Assembly (NCBI GenBank): GCA_964291295.2
Contig: OZ219754.1
Span: 3,360,001-3,424,000, forward strand
DNA: 64,000 nt
Direction: 5' to 3'
DNA from: an uncultured Candidatus Binatia bacterium
GTDB lineage: Bacteria; Desulfobacterota; Binatia; UBA9968; JAJDTQ01
Both the position numbers and the translations under genes were made by a program. Every line of letters begins with the position of its first letter. Position 1 is the first letter of the stretch. Under the pieces are notes generated by a model, which saw nothing but the letters and a program-made list of their open reading frames with translations, ran no database searches and was not told the origin of the DNA. Below, in pieces: positions 28,262 through 38,840 of the stretch.

Positions 28262-29454
28262 CAGATGACTCCCTCCGCCGACAACACGCCGAGTTCGTCC
28301 CCGCTCAACCCCAACTCGCCGAAGACCTCGGCGTTGTGCTGGCCCAGCATGGGAGCGGGCCGGGGGCCGCGGCGCTGGCCGTCCAGCAGGAACGGCGCGC
28401 CCGGTTGCGCGAAGGAGCCGAGCACCGGGTGCGACACCGTGCCGAAGAATCCCCGCTCCACGATGTGCGGATCCTCCATGAAGTCCCGCGGCGAGTTCAC
28501 CGGCAGCGCCGGAAGGCCGTGCTCCTGAAACAGCACGGACAACTCCTCCTTGCCATACCGGGACGTGAACGACGCGACCATGGGATTGAGCCAGTCCGCC
28601 GCGGCGCGCCGGCTCCGGTTGTTCCGGAGCTCCGGGTCGTCCAGCTCCTTCGGATGCCCCTGCCACATTTCGAGGAAGACGGGCCAGTGCCGCTGAGTGG
28701 CAAAGAACGAGATCCAGCCGTCCTTGCACGGGAACAGATTGGCCGGGGCCACGTGCTGGTGCTGGCTGCCGGCGCGCTTCATGAGCCGCCCCTCCACCGA
28801 CCAGGTGAAGGCCACGTGCTCGTGGAGCGCCATGCTGGCCTGCACCGAGGCGTCGATGTGGGCGCCCGTACCCTTGGCCTCGCGCTGCCACAGGGCCAGC
28901 AGTGCGCCGTAGGCCGCGTAGAGGCTGGTGTAGACAAAGGATTGGCCGCCGGGCGGCGCGCACGGCGTCATGTCGGGGTCGCCGCTGATGAACAGCAGCC
29001 CGCCCATGGCGTTGGCCACCAGGTCGGGCGCCTGGTAGCCGCGGTAGGGGCCGTCCTGGCCGAAGGCCGAGATGGACACCAGCACGAGCCTGGGCCGGCG
29101 CGCCACCATTTCGCCGTAACCGACCCCCAACTCCCCCAGGTAACCGGGATCATGGCTGTCGATGACCACATCCGCCCCCTCCACCAGATCCAGGAGGAGG
29201 CCGCGCCCGGTCTTCCGGGACAAGTCCAGGGTGATGCCGCGCTTGCCCGAGTTGAAATAGGCGAACCGGAGGCTGCCCTCGCGGTTGCCGTGCCCGTTGG
29301 CGAAGGGCGGCTCGGTCCGGAGATCATCCCCCGAAGGCGGCTCGACATGGATCACGTCCATGCCGAGGTCCGCCAGCACCTTGCCGCAGAAGGCCCCCAT
29401 GGCGGTGCTGAGGTCCAGCACCCGAAAGCCGGGAAGCAGCGACGCTTCGCTCAT
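28261..29454 (-). CDS. CoA transferase, CaiB/BaiF family III (second subunit or paralogue)
   Basis: RVLDLS, LADLGMDVIHVEPP.GD, NSGKRGITLDL, APMLGQHN. Confidence 0.9.
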   Translation of the reverse strand: MSEASLLPGFRVLDLSTAMGAFCGKVLADLGMDVIHVEPPSGDDLRTEPPFANGHGNREGSLRFAYFNSGKRGITLDLSRKTGRGLLLDLVEGADVVIDSHDPGYLGELGVGYGEMVARRPRLVLVSISAFGQDGPYRGYQAPDLVANAMGGLLFISGDPDMTPCAPPGGQSFVYTSLYAAYGALLALWQREAKGTGAHIDASVQASMALHEHVAFTWSVEGRLMKRAGSQHQHVAPANLFPCKDGWISFFATQRHWPVFLEMWQGHPKELDDPELRNNRSRRAAADWLNPMVASFTSRYGKEELSVLFQEHGLPALPVNSPRDFMEDPHIVERGFFGTVSHPVLGSFAQPGAPFLLDGQRRGPRPAPMLGQHNAEVFGELGLSGDELGVLSAEGVI

Positions 29455-30620
29455 TTGTTCCTGGCGCGGGTGCGCAGGAGGTTCTGGGCCATGCGCCAGC
29501 GCAATACCTCGGTGGCGCCCTCGGTGATGCGTATGCTGCGCATCTGGCGGTACCACCACTCCAACGGCAACTCCCGGGTCAGACCGATGCCGCCGTGAAC
29601 CTGGATGGAGCGGTCCACGACGCGGCTGGCCATCTCGGTGCAGACGCACTTGACCATGTAGGCGAGATTGCGCACGTCCTCGCCCCGGTCGTGGCGCCAG
29701 GCGCATTCGTAGACCAGGTTGCGGGCCATGTGCAGTTCCATGACCGAGTCGGCGATCATGAACTGGACGGCCTGCCGCTCCGCCAGCGGCTGTCCGAATG
29801 TCGTGCGCACCTGCGCGTAGTCCATCATCATGTCCAGGGAGCGCTCCGCGATGCCGATGCAGCGCGCGCCGTGGCCCTTGATGCGCCCCTCCTGGAGCCA
29901 TCCCTGGGCAAGCCGGAAGCCCTGGCCCACCTCGCCCACCACATTGCCCGCCGGCACCCGGGCGTCCTCGAAGCGGATCTGGAACGGCGCATCGCCCATC
30001 ATGGTGGGCCAGCGCCGTTCGATGGTCACCCCCGGCGTGTCCATGTCCACCAGAAAGCAGGTGATGCCGCCGCGGGCGCGCTTCTCGGGATCGGTGACCG
30101 CCATGACCTGGGCGAAGTCCGCATGGCCGGCGCCGGTGATGAAGCGCTTGGTCCCGTTGATCACCCAGTGGTCGCCGTCCGGCACCGCCCGGGTCTTCAT
30201 GCCGGCGGGGTCGCCGCCGGCATCGGGCTCGGTCTGGGCGAAGCAGGCGGTCTTCTCGCCGCGGATGACCGGATGGAGATAGCGCTCCTTCTGCGCGTCA
30301 TTGCATTCGAACAGCACGGCGCGCACTTCCGGGCCGAAGATCGGATTGTTGCGAAACGGAATGGCGACGGTGCGGGAGACCTCCTCCTGGATGACGCAGC
30401 GCGTCAGCAGGTCGAGTTCGGCACCGCCGTACTCCGCGGGCACGTCCAGCATCCAGAACCCCATGGCCCGGGTCTTTTCCTGAAGCGGCTTGTACAAAGC
30501 CTCCGGCATCTCCTCGCCTTCCGGACGATAGTCCCGCTCCAGCGGAATCAACTCCCGGTCCACGAAATCGCGCATTGTCTTCTTGATGATCCTGATCTCT
30601 TCGGGAAGCTCGAAATCCAT
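29451..30620 (-). CDS. Acyl-CoA dehydrogenase
   Basis: FAQTEPDAGGD, INGTKRFIT, FGQPLAERQAVQ, QVHGGIG, RITEGATEV. Confidence 0.94.
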   Translation of the reverse strand: MDFELPEEIRIIKKTMRDFVDRELIPLERDYRPEGEEMPEALYKPLQEKTRAMGFWMLDVPAEYGGAELDLLTRCVIQEEVSRTVAIPFRNNPIFGPEVRAVLFECNDAQKERYLHPVIRGEKTACFAQTEPDAGGDPAGMKTRAVPDGDHWVINGTKRFITGAGHADFAQVMAVTDPEKRARGGITCFLVDMDTPGVTIERRWPTMMGDAPFQIRFEDARVPAGNVVGEVGQGFRLAQGWLQEGRIKGHGARCIGIAERSLDMMMDYAQVRTTFGQPLAERQAVQFMIADSVMELHMARNLVYECAWRHDRGEDVRNLAYMVKCVCTEMASRVVDRSIQVHGGIGLTRELPLEWWYRQMRSIRITEGATEVLRWRMAQNLLRTRARNK

Positions 30621-30741
30621 TCGTCCCCTCCGTCGCCGGCGCCGGTCCGACTGAAAGATGGCTCGTAACATAGGCCCGCTTCCGGTCGAAGGTCAAGCCA
30701 ACGTGGAACGCCGGCACACGTGGACGCGGCCGGGAGTCTGT

Positions 30742-30770
30742 TTGACAACAGAATGCTCGGTGTCTATGTT
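30742..30770 (+). promoter_or_regulatory. Sigma70-like promoter
   Basis: TTGACA-17 nt-TATGTT, 30 nt upstream of ATG 30801. Confidence 0.55.
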
Positions 30771-30800
30771 TCCGAAAATCCACCCGCGCGAGGTCGGCGT

Positions 30801-31106
30801 ATGCCCATCTACGAGTACGACTGTTCAAAATGCGGTGTTTTCGAGGCGACCCAGAGGATCACCGAGGAGCCGCTGCAAGAGTGTCCGACCTGCCGGGGCC
30901 GGGTCCGGAAGCTCATCTCGAACACGTCGTTCCAACTCAAGGGCACCGGTTGGTACATCACCGACTACGGACGTGGCAAGGGTTCCGACGGGGACAAGCC
31001 GGCATCGGGCGGGGCCGGGGACTCCGCCGACTCGACCAAGTCCACGGAGAGCGCCAAGGCCGGGAAGTCATCGTCCGGTGACGGTGCGGCCAGCACCGCA
31101 TCCTGA
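30801..31106 (+). CDS. FmdB-family zinc-ribbon protein
   Basis: [31 protein letters not shown], Ser/Ala-rich tail. Confidence 0.9.
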   Translation: MPIYEYDCSKCGVFEATQRITEEPLQECPTCRGRVRKLISNTSFQLKGTGWYITDYGRGKGSDGDKPASGGAGDSADSTKSTESAKAGKSSSGDGAASTAS

Positions 31107-31142
31107 TTGCGGCATCACGCCCTCGCCCGTGTCCGAGCACTC

Positions 31143-31946
31143 ATGAGGACAAAGACACTCGGCGGCACGGAGATCCAGGTGCCCGAGATCGGCTTGGGGG
31201 TCTGGCAATACCGCGGCGGCGTCCATCCTCTGCGGCACGGCATCGAACTGGGCGCCCACCTCATCGACACGGCCGAGATGTACGGCACCGAGGGCGTGGT
31301 GGGCGAGGCGGTGCGCGGCATCCGGGATTCCGTATTCATCGCCAGCAAGGTGTCGGGCGACCACCTGGGATACGACGACGTGCTCCGGTCTGCCGAGGCC
31401 AGTCTGCGGCGGCTGGACATGGACACCATCGACCTCTACCAGATTCACTGGCCAAGCCGCCGTACGCCGATCAAGGAAACCATGCGTGCCATGGAGGCGC
31501 TGGTAGATTCCGGACAGATCCGCCACATCGGCGTGAGCAACTTCTCGACCGAAGAGTTGGCGGAAGCCCGGGCGGCCATGAACCACCACCCCATCGTCTC
31601 GAACCAGATCCTGTACAACCTCCGGCGACGGGAGATCGAGCGCACGCTGATGCCCTACTGCCAGCGCCACGCCGTCACTGTCATCGCCTACACTCCGCTG
31701 GATGGCGGCCGGCTGGCGGCCGGAGCCGACCTGCTCTCCTCCCGGGGCCGCAAGGTGCTCCGGGAGGTCGCCCGGCAACACGGCAGGACACCCGCTCAGG
31801 TGGCGCTCAACTGGTGTGTCTGCCACGACGGCGTCATCGCCATTCCCAAATCCGACAGCGCCTCCCGCACCGCCGAGAACTGCGGCGCATCGGACTGGCG
31901 CCTGTCCGCCGAAGACCGGGCTCGTCTGGAACAGGCCTTCGCCTGA
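31143..31946 (+). CDS. Aldo/keto reductase
   Basis: IGLGVW, IDTAEMYG, DLYQIHWP, IGVSNFS, PAQVALNW, IPKS. Confidence 0.93.
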   Translation: MRTKTLGGTEIQVPEIGLGVWQYRGGVHPLRHGIELGAHLIDTAEMYGTEGVVGEAVRGIRDSVFIASKVSGDHLGYDDVLRSAEASLRRLDMDTIDLYQIHWPSRRTPIKETMRAMEALVDSGQIRHIGVSNFSTEELAEARAAMNHHPIVSNQILYNLRRREIERTLMPYCQRHAVTVIAYTPLDGGRLAAGADLLSSRGRKVLREVARQHGRTPAQVALNWCVCHDGVIAIPKSDSASRTAENCGASDWRLSAEDRARLEQAFA

Positions 31947-32000
31947 CCGAGGCGGCGGAGAGCGTCACCCACCGGGAAGCACCGCGAGCCGAGGAAACCG

Positions 32001-33380
32001 ATGGACTTTCCCGCACTGACCCGCACCGGAGCCATGGCGTTCTTCTCCGAGTTCGGGAAAAGGATCGACAACCCCCAGGGAATCCTCTACTGGACCCGCA
32101 AGGCCAGGGCCAAGGCCCGGATCAACGCCACTATCGGCTCGGCCCGGGGACCGGAGAGCGCGGCGTACCCCGACGGCGGAGAGCGCGAGATCACGCTTTG
32201 CGCCCCACTGATCCATTCGTTCTTCAACGGGCTGGAAACCGAGGACATCTTTCCCTACACGCCGGAAACCGGCACCCCCGCCTTCCGTTCCGCATGGAGA
32301 AAGTGGATCCTGGCGCGGGCGGGCGATGCGTCCGAGCGGCTCGAACGACAACTGCATCAGCCGATCCTCACCCCGGGTATCACCGCCGCCATCAGCATCG
32401 CCGCGCGGCTGTTCGTGGACCCCGGGCGGTCCATCATCGTGGCCGACCGGCGCTGGGAGAACTACGACCACGTGCTCGGCGAGAACCTCGACCTCGACAT
32501 CGTCGATTTCCCGCTGTGCGACCGGGGCGAACTGAACATCGCCGGCCTCGTCTCGGTGATACGACGAGTGTGGCTCGAACAGGACACCGCCGTGGTGCTG
32601 CTCAACTTCCCCAACAACCCCACCGGCTTTTGCCCTTCCGCCGCGGCCGGCCACCGGTTCGCGGAGTCGCTGGATCGACTCGCGGCCGGGAGCGGGAAGC
32701 GGCTGGTGGTGCTGTTCGACGATGCCTACGAAAGCTACGTCTACGAACCCGCCGCCATGCAGTCGTCGCTGTTCTATCTGTGCCGGCCGCGGCCGAACCT
32801 TCTGCCGGTCAAGCTGGACGGCGTCACCAAGGAGCTTCTCTGGTACGGCGCGCGCGTCGGCACCATCACCCTCGCCTGCCCGGACGAATGGCGGGCCGGG
32901 GATGGCGCGGAGACCCTGGCTTCGGAGATCGACCGCAAGTTCGGCGGCGTCAACCGGGGCCTTTTCTCCAGCAGCTCGACGGTGACCCAGGCGGTGGCCA
33001 CCCGGGCCGTGGAGCAGATGGAGCGGCTGATGGAAGAACGGCGCCGAACCTTCGAGGTTCTGAAGGGACGATACCGGACCCTGAAGCACGAACTCGGCAA
33101 GATGGATACCGAAGGCGTGACCGTGGAGCCCTTTCAGGGCGGCTTCTTCTGTTTTGTCACCCTGAAGCCGGAGTCGGGGCTGCGGGCGACGGACGTCGCC
33201 AACCATTTGCTCGACGCGCACGGCATCGGCACCGTGCCGTTCGACGGAGACCGCATGAACGGCATCCGGATCGCGTTCTGCAGCGTGGACAGAACCGATC
33301 TGCCTGAACTGTGCCGGAGGCTGGCGCAGACGGTGAACGAACTGGCGGAGACCACGAAGCAGGCTCATGGGGAGGCTTGA
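32001..33380 (+). CDS. PLP-dependent aminotransferase class I/II
   Basis: INATIG, LNFPNNPTG, LFDDAY, KLDGVTKE (PLP lysine), YGARVG. Confidence 0.88.
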   Translation: MDFPALTRTGAMAFFSEFGKRIDNPQGILYWTRKARAKARINATIGSARGPESAAYPDGGEREITLCAPLIHSFFNGLETEDIFPYTPETGTPAFRSAWRKWILARAGDASERLERQLHQPILTPGITAAISIAARLFVDPGRSIIVADRRWENYDHVLGENLDLDIVDFPLCDRGELNIAGLVSVIRRVWLEQDTAVVLLNFPNNPTGFCPSAAAGHRFAESLDRLAAGSGKRLVVLFDDAYESYVYEPAAMQSSLFYLCRPRPNLLPVKLDGVTKELLWYGARVGTITLACPDEWRAGDGAETLASEIDRKFGGVNRGLFSSSSTVTQAVATRAVEQMERLMEERRRTFEVLKGRYRTLKHELGKMDTEGVTVEPFQGGFFCFVTLKPESGLRATDVANHLLDAHGIGTVPFDGDRMNGIRIAFCSVDRTDLPELCRRLAQTVNELAETTKQAHGEA

Positions 33381-34098
33381 GGGAAAGGTCGCCGTGGTCA
33401 CCGGCGCCAGCCGCGGCATCGGGCGGGCGGTGGCCTTGGCCTTCGCCCGGGAGGGTGCGACCCTGGCCGTTGTCGGCGTCCGGGACCACGCCGCCCTCGA
33501 GTCGGTACGGAATGAACTGACGGCCCAGGGCGCCGAGAGCATCGCGCGGAGGGTGGACGTCGGCCGGCGGGCGGAGGTGGACGGATTGATGCGGGAGGTC
33601 GAGGAACGCTGGGGCCGCATCGACATTCTCGTCAACAACGCGGGGATCCTCACGCTCAGACGGTTCGAGGATATTGCCGAGGAGCAATGGGATGAGACCA
33701 TGCGGGTCCATCTCAAGGGCACCTTCAACGGCATGCAGGCGGTGCTGCCCCTCATGAAGCGGCAACGGTCGGGCAAGATCATCAACGTGACCGGCCCGGC
33801 GGCGCTGCGGCCCTCCCACGGCGTAGCCGACTACGCCAGCGCCAAGGGCGGCATCATCACGCTGACCTTCAATGTCGCCAACGAGATGAAGCCGCACAAC
33901 ATCCAGATCAACTGCATCTCGCCGGTAGCGGACACGCGCATGACCGACGCCATCGTCGAGTTCCGCCAACGCCAGGGGATTGCCGCCGCCCGGCCTGCAC
34001 CGGCACCCGCCGACGTCGTGGCACCCGCGTTCGTCTTCTTCGCGTCCGGCGACAGCGACTACATTACCGGAGAGGTGCTCGGGTTTCAGCGCAAGTGA
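33367..34098 (+). CDS. Short-chain dehydrogenase/reductase (FabG-like)
   Basis: TGASRGIG, LVNNAG, YASAK. Confidence 0.92.
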   Translation: MGRLEGKVAVVTGASRGIGRAVALAFAREGATLAVVGVRDHAALESVRNELTAQGAESIARRVDVGRRAEVDGLMREVEERWGRIDILVNNAGILTLRRFEDIAEEQWDETMRVHLKGTFNGMQAVLPLMKRQRSGKIINVTGPAALRPSHGVADYASAKGGIITLTFNVANEMKPHNIQINCISPVADTRMTDAIVEFRQRQGIAAARPAPAPADVVAPAFVFFASGDSDYITGEVLGFQRK

Positions 34099-34184
34099 CC
34101 CCTGTGGTTTCGAGCGACAGGGGTGGACAGACGTGGACAAGGGTTGCAGGATTGTTGAACCCGCACGGGAAACGAGGTGAACCC

Positions 34185-35174
34185 ATGCTCCGAAAATCAG
34201 CGGCGCTCTCAATGGCCGTCACCATGCTGACTGCGCTCACCGCGCTGGCGGCCGCGGCCCCGCCCATCGGCTTCCAGGCGGTGCCGCGGGACGCCTTCCC
34301 GGTCTTCGACGACCCCGGGATGCTCAGCGCCGCGGAAGCGGAGAAGCAGGCGGTCATCTTCGACCGGGACGTGGTCATCGGCGTGGCGCACAACGGCGAG
34401 GCCAAGGCGTATCCGATCACGATCATGGGCGTCCACGAACTCGGCAACGACACCATCGGAGGGGTGCCCATCGCCGTCTCCTGGTGACCGCTGTGCCAGA
34501 CGTCTATCGTGTATAGACGCCAACTCGACGACAGGGTGTTGCGCTTCGGGCACGCCGGGATTCTCTACGAGAATTCGTTCATCATGTACGACCGGCAGAC
34601 CGAGTCGCTCTGGGTCCATGTCACCGGCGAGGCCGCGTTCGGTCCGCTCAAGGGGAAACGGCTGGAGTTCATGCCCTCCACGGTGACGACCTGGGTCCAC
34701 TGGAAGAAGAACTATCCCCATACCAGGGTCTTGCCGGGCTACCGGCGCGGCGGTTTCATGGGAACCTACATGGGCCCCTTCCAGAGCAACCTCCTGGGCC
34801 TGGCTGTGGTGATCCGGCTCAAGGCCAAGCTCTATCCATACGAGGCGCTCAAGGAGCGGAACGTGGTCAACGACGAGTTCAACGAGGCGAAGGTCGTGGT
34901 GTACTATTCGCCGGGCGACTCCACGGCAACGGCGTGGCGCCGGGAATTCGACGACCGCGTCCTCACCTTCACGCAGTCGGAACGCAAGGATGCGCAAGGC
35001 AACGCGCTGTTGCACGACAAGGAGACGGGGAGCCTGTGGTCATGGCTGCGTGGAGAAGCCGTGGAGGGACCCCTCAAGGGGCGCCAGTTGCGGCAACTCC
35101 TGTACAACCCGATCCTGAACGACCGGTTTGCCGCCTTCTATCCGGGGGCGCCCGTGTTCGAGGCCGTGCCGTAA
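34185..35174 (+). CDS. DUF3179-family secreted selenoprotein (UxxC), TGA 34485-34487 read as Sec
   Basis: ORFs 34095-34487 and 34509-35174 are in frame, giving AVSW-U-PLC where the family has CPLC; KAYP, MYDRQTESLW, DKETGSLW motifs; signal peptide; GAGGT RBS. Confidence 0.85.
34488..34520 (+). promoter_or_regulatory. Bacterial SECIS-like hairpin
   Basis: Stem CGTCTAT (34501-34507) / ATAGACG (34513-34519); loop CGTGT has G at position 2; 20 nt between UGA and loop. Confidence 0.65.
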
Positions 35175-35310
35175 TTGGCGGATCCCTCAGAAATCCGCTA
35201 AACATGCGGAATCCCCGGCGGTCGGCGCGGGATCCCGCGACTGCGGGGCGAAGAGCGATGCAAGGTTGAAAGTCGGTGCGAGAGCCGGTTCGAAGGTCGG
35301 TTCGAGATAC

Positions 35311-36387
35311 GTGAGCGGAACTGCCGAATATCTCCGGGAAGCTCGGGAGCAAAAGGGGCTGACCCTGGAACAGGTGGAGGAGGCAACGCGGATTCCGCGT
35401 TACTACCTCGAGATCCTGGAGGGTGGCGGAGACGACCGTCTGGTTTCGGACCGTCTCTACATGGTCCATTTTCTCCGCAACTATGCCGCTTTCCTCGAGG
35501 TCCAGGAGGAGACCCTGGCGGCTCGGTTCCTTCACGAGAACCGGCAACCGAAAACCACTCCGATCATCCCCACCCGGAAGCCCCGGTCATGGAAGGCCGT
35601 CCTCACGGCCACGCCGACCCTGTTGCTCGCCATCGGTATCGGCGCCTATCTGTACGATCCGGTGCTCCTCAGCCTGGTCGGCAAGCCGACGCAGCATCTC
35701 GTGACGAGGTCCGACCGCGCACCGACGCGGCCGGAAACAACGCAGCCGCCGGCCCCGGCCGCTCCATCCCGGGCCGACGATGCCGAGAGCTCGGTCCTGC
35801 AACCCGAGGCCAACGAAACGGATCCATCGACACCCAGGCTGGTGGCGAACCCGCCGGGTTCGGAGCCGGAGCCGGCGTCTGAAGCCGCAGCCGCCGGATC
35901 AGGGTCGGCTCCAACGGACTTGGGCGTATCGTCGCCCACCTCGTCCCTCAACCCGGCTGCTCCGCTCCCACCCGCACTGGAGACGACCGCAACCGACGCT
36001 GCCACCTCACGCGCCCCCGCGTCCACCACGGCCCCTGATGTTGCGGCGTTGCAAGGCGGCGAAACGGCGACGGAGACCACGGCCCCCGGCGGGCCGCAGT
36101 CGCCGCGGGAATCACTCGCGACCACCGCTGCCGAGCCTTCGGCGGGCCATCGCCTTACCATCTTTGCCGAGGAAAAGGCCTGGCTGAGGGTGTGGGTCGA
36201 CGACGAGGGGTTCAAGGACATGATGCTGGACCCGGAAGAAACCCTGACGCTGTCCGCGCAGACCCACTTCGTCATCACCTTCGGCAACGCCGGCGGCGTG
36301 CGTCTCGTGTTGAACGGGGAGGAGCTTCCCCCGGCAGGCAGGTCCGGACAGGTGGTGCGCAATTTCAGGATTCCGCCGGACTCCTAG
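35311..36387 (+). CDS. RodZ-like protein (HTH, TM, linker, DUF4115)
   Basis: YLREAREQKGLTLEQVEEATRI, FLRNYA.FL, one TM helix, Pro/Ala linker, GNAGGV.L.LNG; start uncertain; stop TAG lies in the MITE CTAG. Confidence 0.85.
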   Translation: MSGTAEYLREAREQKGLTLEQVEEATRIPRYYLEILEGGGDDRLVSDRLYMVHFLRNYAAFLEVQEETLAARFLHENRQPKTTPIIPTRKPRSWKAVLTATPTLLLAIGIGAYLYDPVLLSLVGKPTQHLVTRSDRAPTRPETTQPPAPAAPSRADDAESSVLQPEANETDPSTPRLVANPPGSEPEPASEAAAAGSGSAPTDLGVSSPTSSLNPAAPLPPALETTATDAATSRAPASTTAPDVAALQGGETATETTAPGGPQSPRESLATTAAEPSAGHRLTIFAEEKAWLRVWVDDEGFKDMMLDPEETLTLSAQTHFVITFGNAGGVRLVLNGEELPPAGRSGQVVRNFRIPPDS

Positions 36388-36561
36388 GAGTCTGCGCCGC
36401 AGAAAATTTTCGTGGGACAGAGATCCACCAGAATCCCACTTGGCGCCCGATTAATGTCCAATAATGGGACAAGGCTACACGTTTCTGGCATTCTGGACGA
36501 AAATCTGGTCATGCTATGCCACCGGTCACATCCCGAAGCGTCCTGCGGCACAGGCTCCTAG
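36384..36561. mobile_element. MITE, 178 bp, family A copy 2
   Basis: CTAG-GAGTCTGCGCCGCAG...CTGCGGCACAGGCTC-CTAG, with CTAG at both ends. Confidence 0.88.
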
Positions 36562-36571
36562 ACAGGCCCGC

Positions 36572-37606
36572 ATGATCGACCTGCGTTCCGACACCGTGAC
36601 CACGCCGACGCCGGAGATGCTCCAGGCGATGGCGGCGGCCGAAGTGGGCGACGACGTCTACGGCGAAGACCCCAGCATCAACCGGCTTGAGGAAGAGGTG
36701 GCGGGGCTGCTGGGCAAGGAGGCCGCGGTCTTCACCCCGTCCGGGTCCATGGCGAACCAGATCGCCATCCGGCTCCATACCCGGCCGGGCGACTCGGTGC
36801 TTTGTGAGGAAGGATCGCACACTTTCGCCTACGAAGCCGGTGCCGGGGCGGCGCTTGCGGGCGTGCAGTTCGACCTGATCCCGTTCGGCGACGCGCTTTC
36901 CGATGAAGCCATACGGGAGCGCTTCCGACCCGATGGCCTGCACGAATCGCCATCCACCCTGATCGTGGTGGAGAATACCCACAACCGCGGCCGTGGTCGC
37001 GCCCTGGCGCGGCAGGAGACGGGACGAATCGTCGCCACTGCCCACGGTCTGGGCCTCAAGGCGCACTGCGACGGTGCCCGGCTGTGGAACGCGGCGGCCG
37101 CCACGGGCCACTCGGAAAGCGACCTTGCCGCCGGGTTCGACACGGTTTCGGTCTGTTTTTCCAAGGGACTGGGCGCTCCCGTGGGCTCGGCCCTGGCCGG
37201 CAGCCACGCGGATGCCGCCAGGGCGCGCAAGATCCGCAAGCGGCTGGGCGGCGGCATGCGCCAGGCGGGGTTCCTGGCCGCGGCGGCACTCTACGGTGTA
37301 CGGCAACACCGCGGTCGCCTTGCGGAAGACCACCGGCGCGCCGTGGCCCTGGCCCGAGGCCTTCGGGAACTGGCCCATGACGGGCGTCCGCTCGAGGTCG
37401 ACATTCCGGATCCGCCCACCAACATGGTCTATTGGCGCGCCGGCAACGGCCCGCAGGTGGTGGAAGCGTTGCGCCGCAAGGGCGTGCTCATGAACCACGT
37501 TGGCAGCGGCTGGATCCGGGCCGTCACGCATCTCCAGCTTTCCGACTCGGACATCCACGACGCGGTTCGGCGCATTCGCGAGGCGCTGCCGGCATCCGTG
37601 GACTGA
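36572..37606 (+). CDS. ltaE: Low-specificity L-threonine aldolase
   Basis: [53 protein letters not shown]. Confidence 0.92.
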   Translation: MIDLRSDTVTTPTPEMLQAMAAAEVGDDVYGEDPSINRLEEEVAGLLGKEAAVFTPSGSMANQIAIRLHTRPGDSVLCEEGSHTFAYEAGAGAALAGVQFDLIPFGDALSDEAIRERFRPDGLHESPSTLIVVENTHNRGRGRALARQETGRIVATAHGLGLKAHCDGARLWNAAAATGHSESDLAAGFDTVSVCFSKGLGAPVGSALAGSHADAARARKIRKRLGGGMRQAGFLAAAALYGVRQHRGRLAEDHRRAVALARGLRELAHDGRPLEVDIPDPPTNMVYWRAGNGPQVVEALRRKGVLMNHVGSGWIRAVTHLQLSDSDIHDAVRRIREALPASVD

Positions 37607-37632
37607 GGCGGGAGGAGCGCGGCGCGCAGGCC

Positions 37633-38775
37633 ATGCCACGCGAGACCACGCGATATGTCATCATAGGCGCCGGTTTCGCCGGCGCCGCCACCGCCTGCCA
37701 CCTGGCTTTCCAGGGAAAGCGGCAGATCGTCATCCTGGAGCAGGAACCCGTACCCGGCTTCCATTCCTCGGGCCGCAACGCCGGCTTCATACGTCAGGTC
37801 CTGGCGGAGCCCTCGGTGGCCGACCTGGCCGCGGAATCGGCCCGGTTCATCCGCAAGCCCCCGCCCGCTTGGCCCGTGCCGGTCTCGTACGACCCCATTG
37901 GCTGCCTGATCCTCGGACGCGGTGAAAAGTGGCAAGCCCTGCAGGAGGACGCGGACCTGGCGCGCCGGCGCGGCATCGAGGTCGAGTGCTGGTCGCCGGA
38001 GAGGACTCGTGCAGCCGTGCCCCTCATCCGGGACGCCGCCCTGGACGGAGCCCTGTGGTGCGTCTCGGACGGCGTCATCGACATCCACGCGCTGCTGTCG
38101 GGCTATCTCAAGACGGCCCAGGGCGCCGGCGCCGTCATCCGGTACGGCGCGACCGTGAACGAGGTGCGGGTACGACACGGGCGGGTACAGGGGGTCGCCA
38201 CCGCCCAGGGCTTTTTCGCAGCCGACGTGGTGGTCAACGCCGCAGGCCCCTGGGCCGGCCCGGTGGGCGTCATGGCCGGGGCCGCGCCCATTGCTTTTCA
38301 TCCACGTCGCCGGCACCTGTTCGTCACGCCGCCGCTGGACTGGGTCCAGCCGGACTGGCCCTTCGTCCTCAACGTCTCCGACGAGGTCTACTTCCAACCG
38401 AGTTCCGGCGGGCTGATGCTGTGCCCTTGCGATGAAGACGATGTGCCGCCGTGCGACCCGCCGACGCAACCGGAGGCCCTGGAGCTTCTGGCCGAGAAGC
38501 TGGCGGCCGCCTACCCCCATTTCCCCGACGTTCCCGTCGGGCGCTGCTGGGCCGGGCTGCGGACATTCACGGACGACAATCGGTTCGTCATCGGCTGGGA
38601 TCCCGGGGTGGAGGGGTTCTTCTGGGTCGCCGGACTCGCGGGCCACGGCGTCACCACCAGCGCCGCTGTGGGCTCCCTGGCCGCCCGGCTGCTTCTCGGA
38701 GCGGACGCGGACCCGAACTTCTCACCCGCGCGTTTCGGTTACGAAGGTCCGAACAAGGCGATGGCGCGACATTGA
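37633..38775 (+). CDS. FAD-dependent oxidoreductase (DAO/sarcosine oxidase family)
   Basis: IIGAGFAG, SSGRNAG, VVNAAGPWA, WAGLRTFT.D, AGLAGHG; the last ~11 codons lie in a MITE. Confidence 0.9.
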   Translation: MPRETTRYVIIGAGFAGAATACHLAFQGKRQIVILEQEPVPGFHSSGRNAGFIRQVLAEPSVADLAAESARFIRKPPPAWPVPVSYDPIGCLILGRGEKWQALQEDADLARRRGIEVECWSPERTRAAVPLIRDAALDGALWCVSDGVIDIHALLSGYLKTAQGAGAVIRYGATVNEVRVRHGRVQGVATAQGFFAADVVVNAAGPWAGPVGVMAGAAPIAFHPRRRHLFVTPPLDWVQPDWPFVLNVSDEVYFQPSSGGLMLCPCDEDDVPPCDPPTQPEALELLAEKLAAAYPHFPDVPVGRCWAGLRTFTDDNRFVIGWDPGVEGFFWVAGLAGHGVTTSAAVGSLAARLLLGADADPNFSPARFGYEGPNKAMARH

Positions 38776-38840
38776 GCCACTCGCAACCTGCGGATTGTAT
38801 TGATTCAGCCCCAGCGAATTGGGGGTTGTTCAGACCTTCC
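38742..38840. mobile_element. IS5-like MITE, about 99 bp, family B copy 2
   Basis: CGAAGGTCCGAACAA...TTGTTCAGACCTTCC; shares internal TGATTCAGCCCCA with copy 1. Confidence 0.75.
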
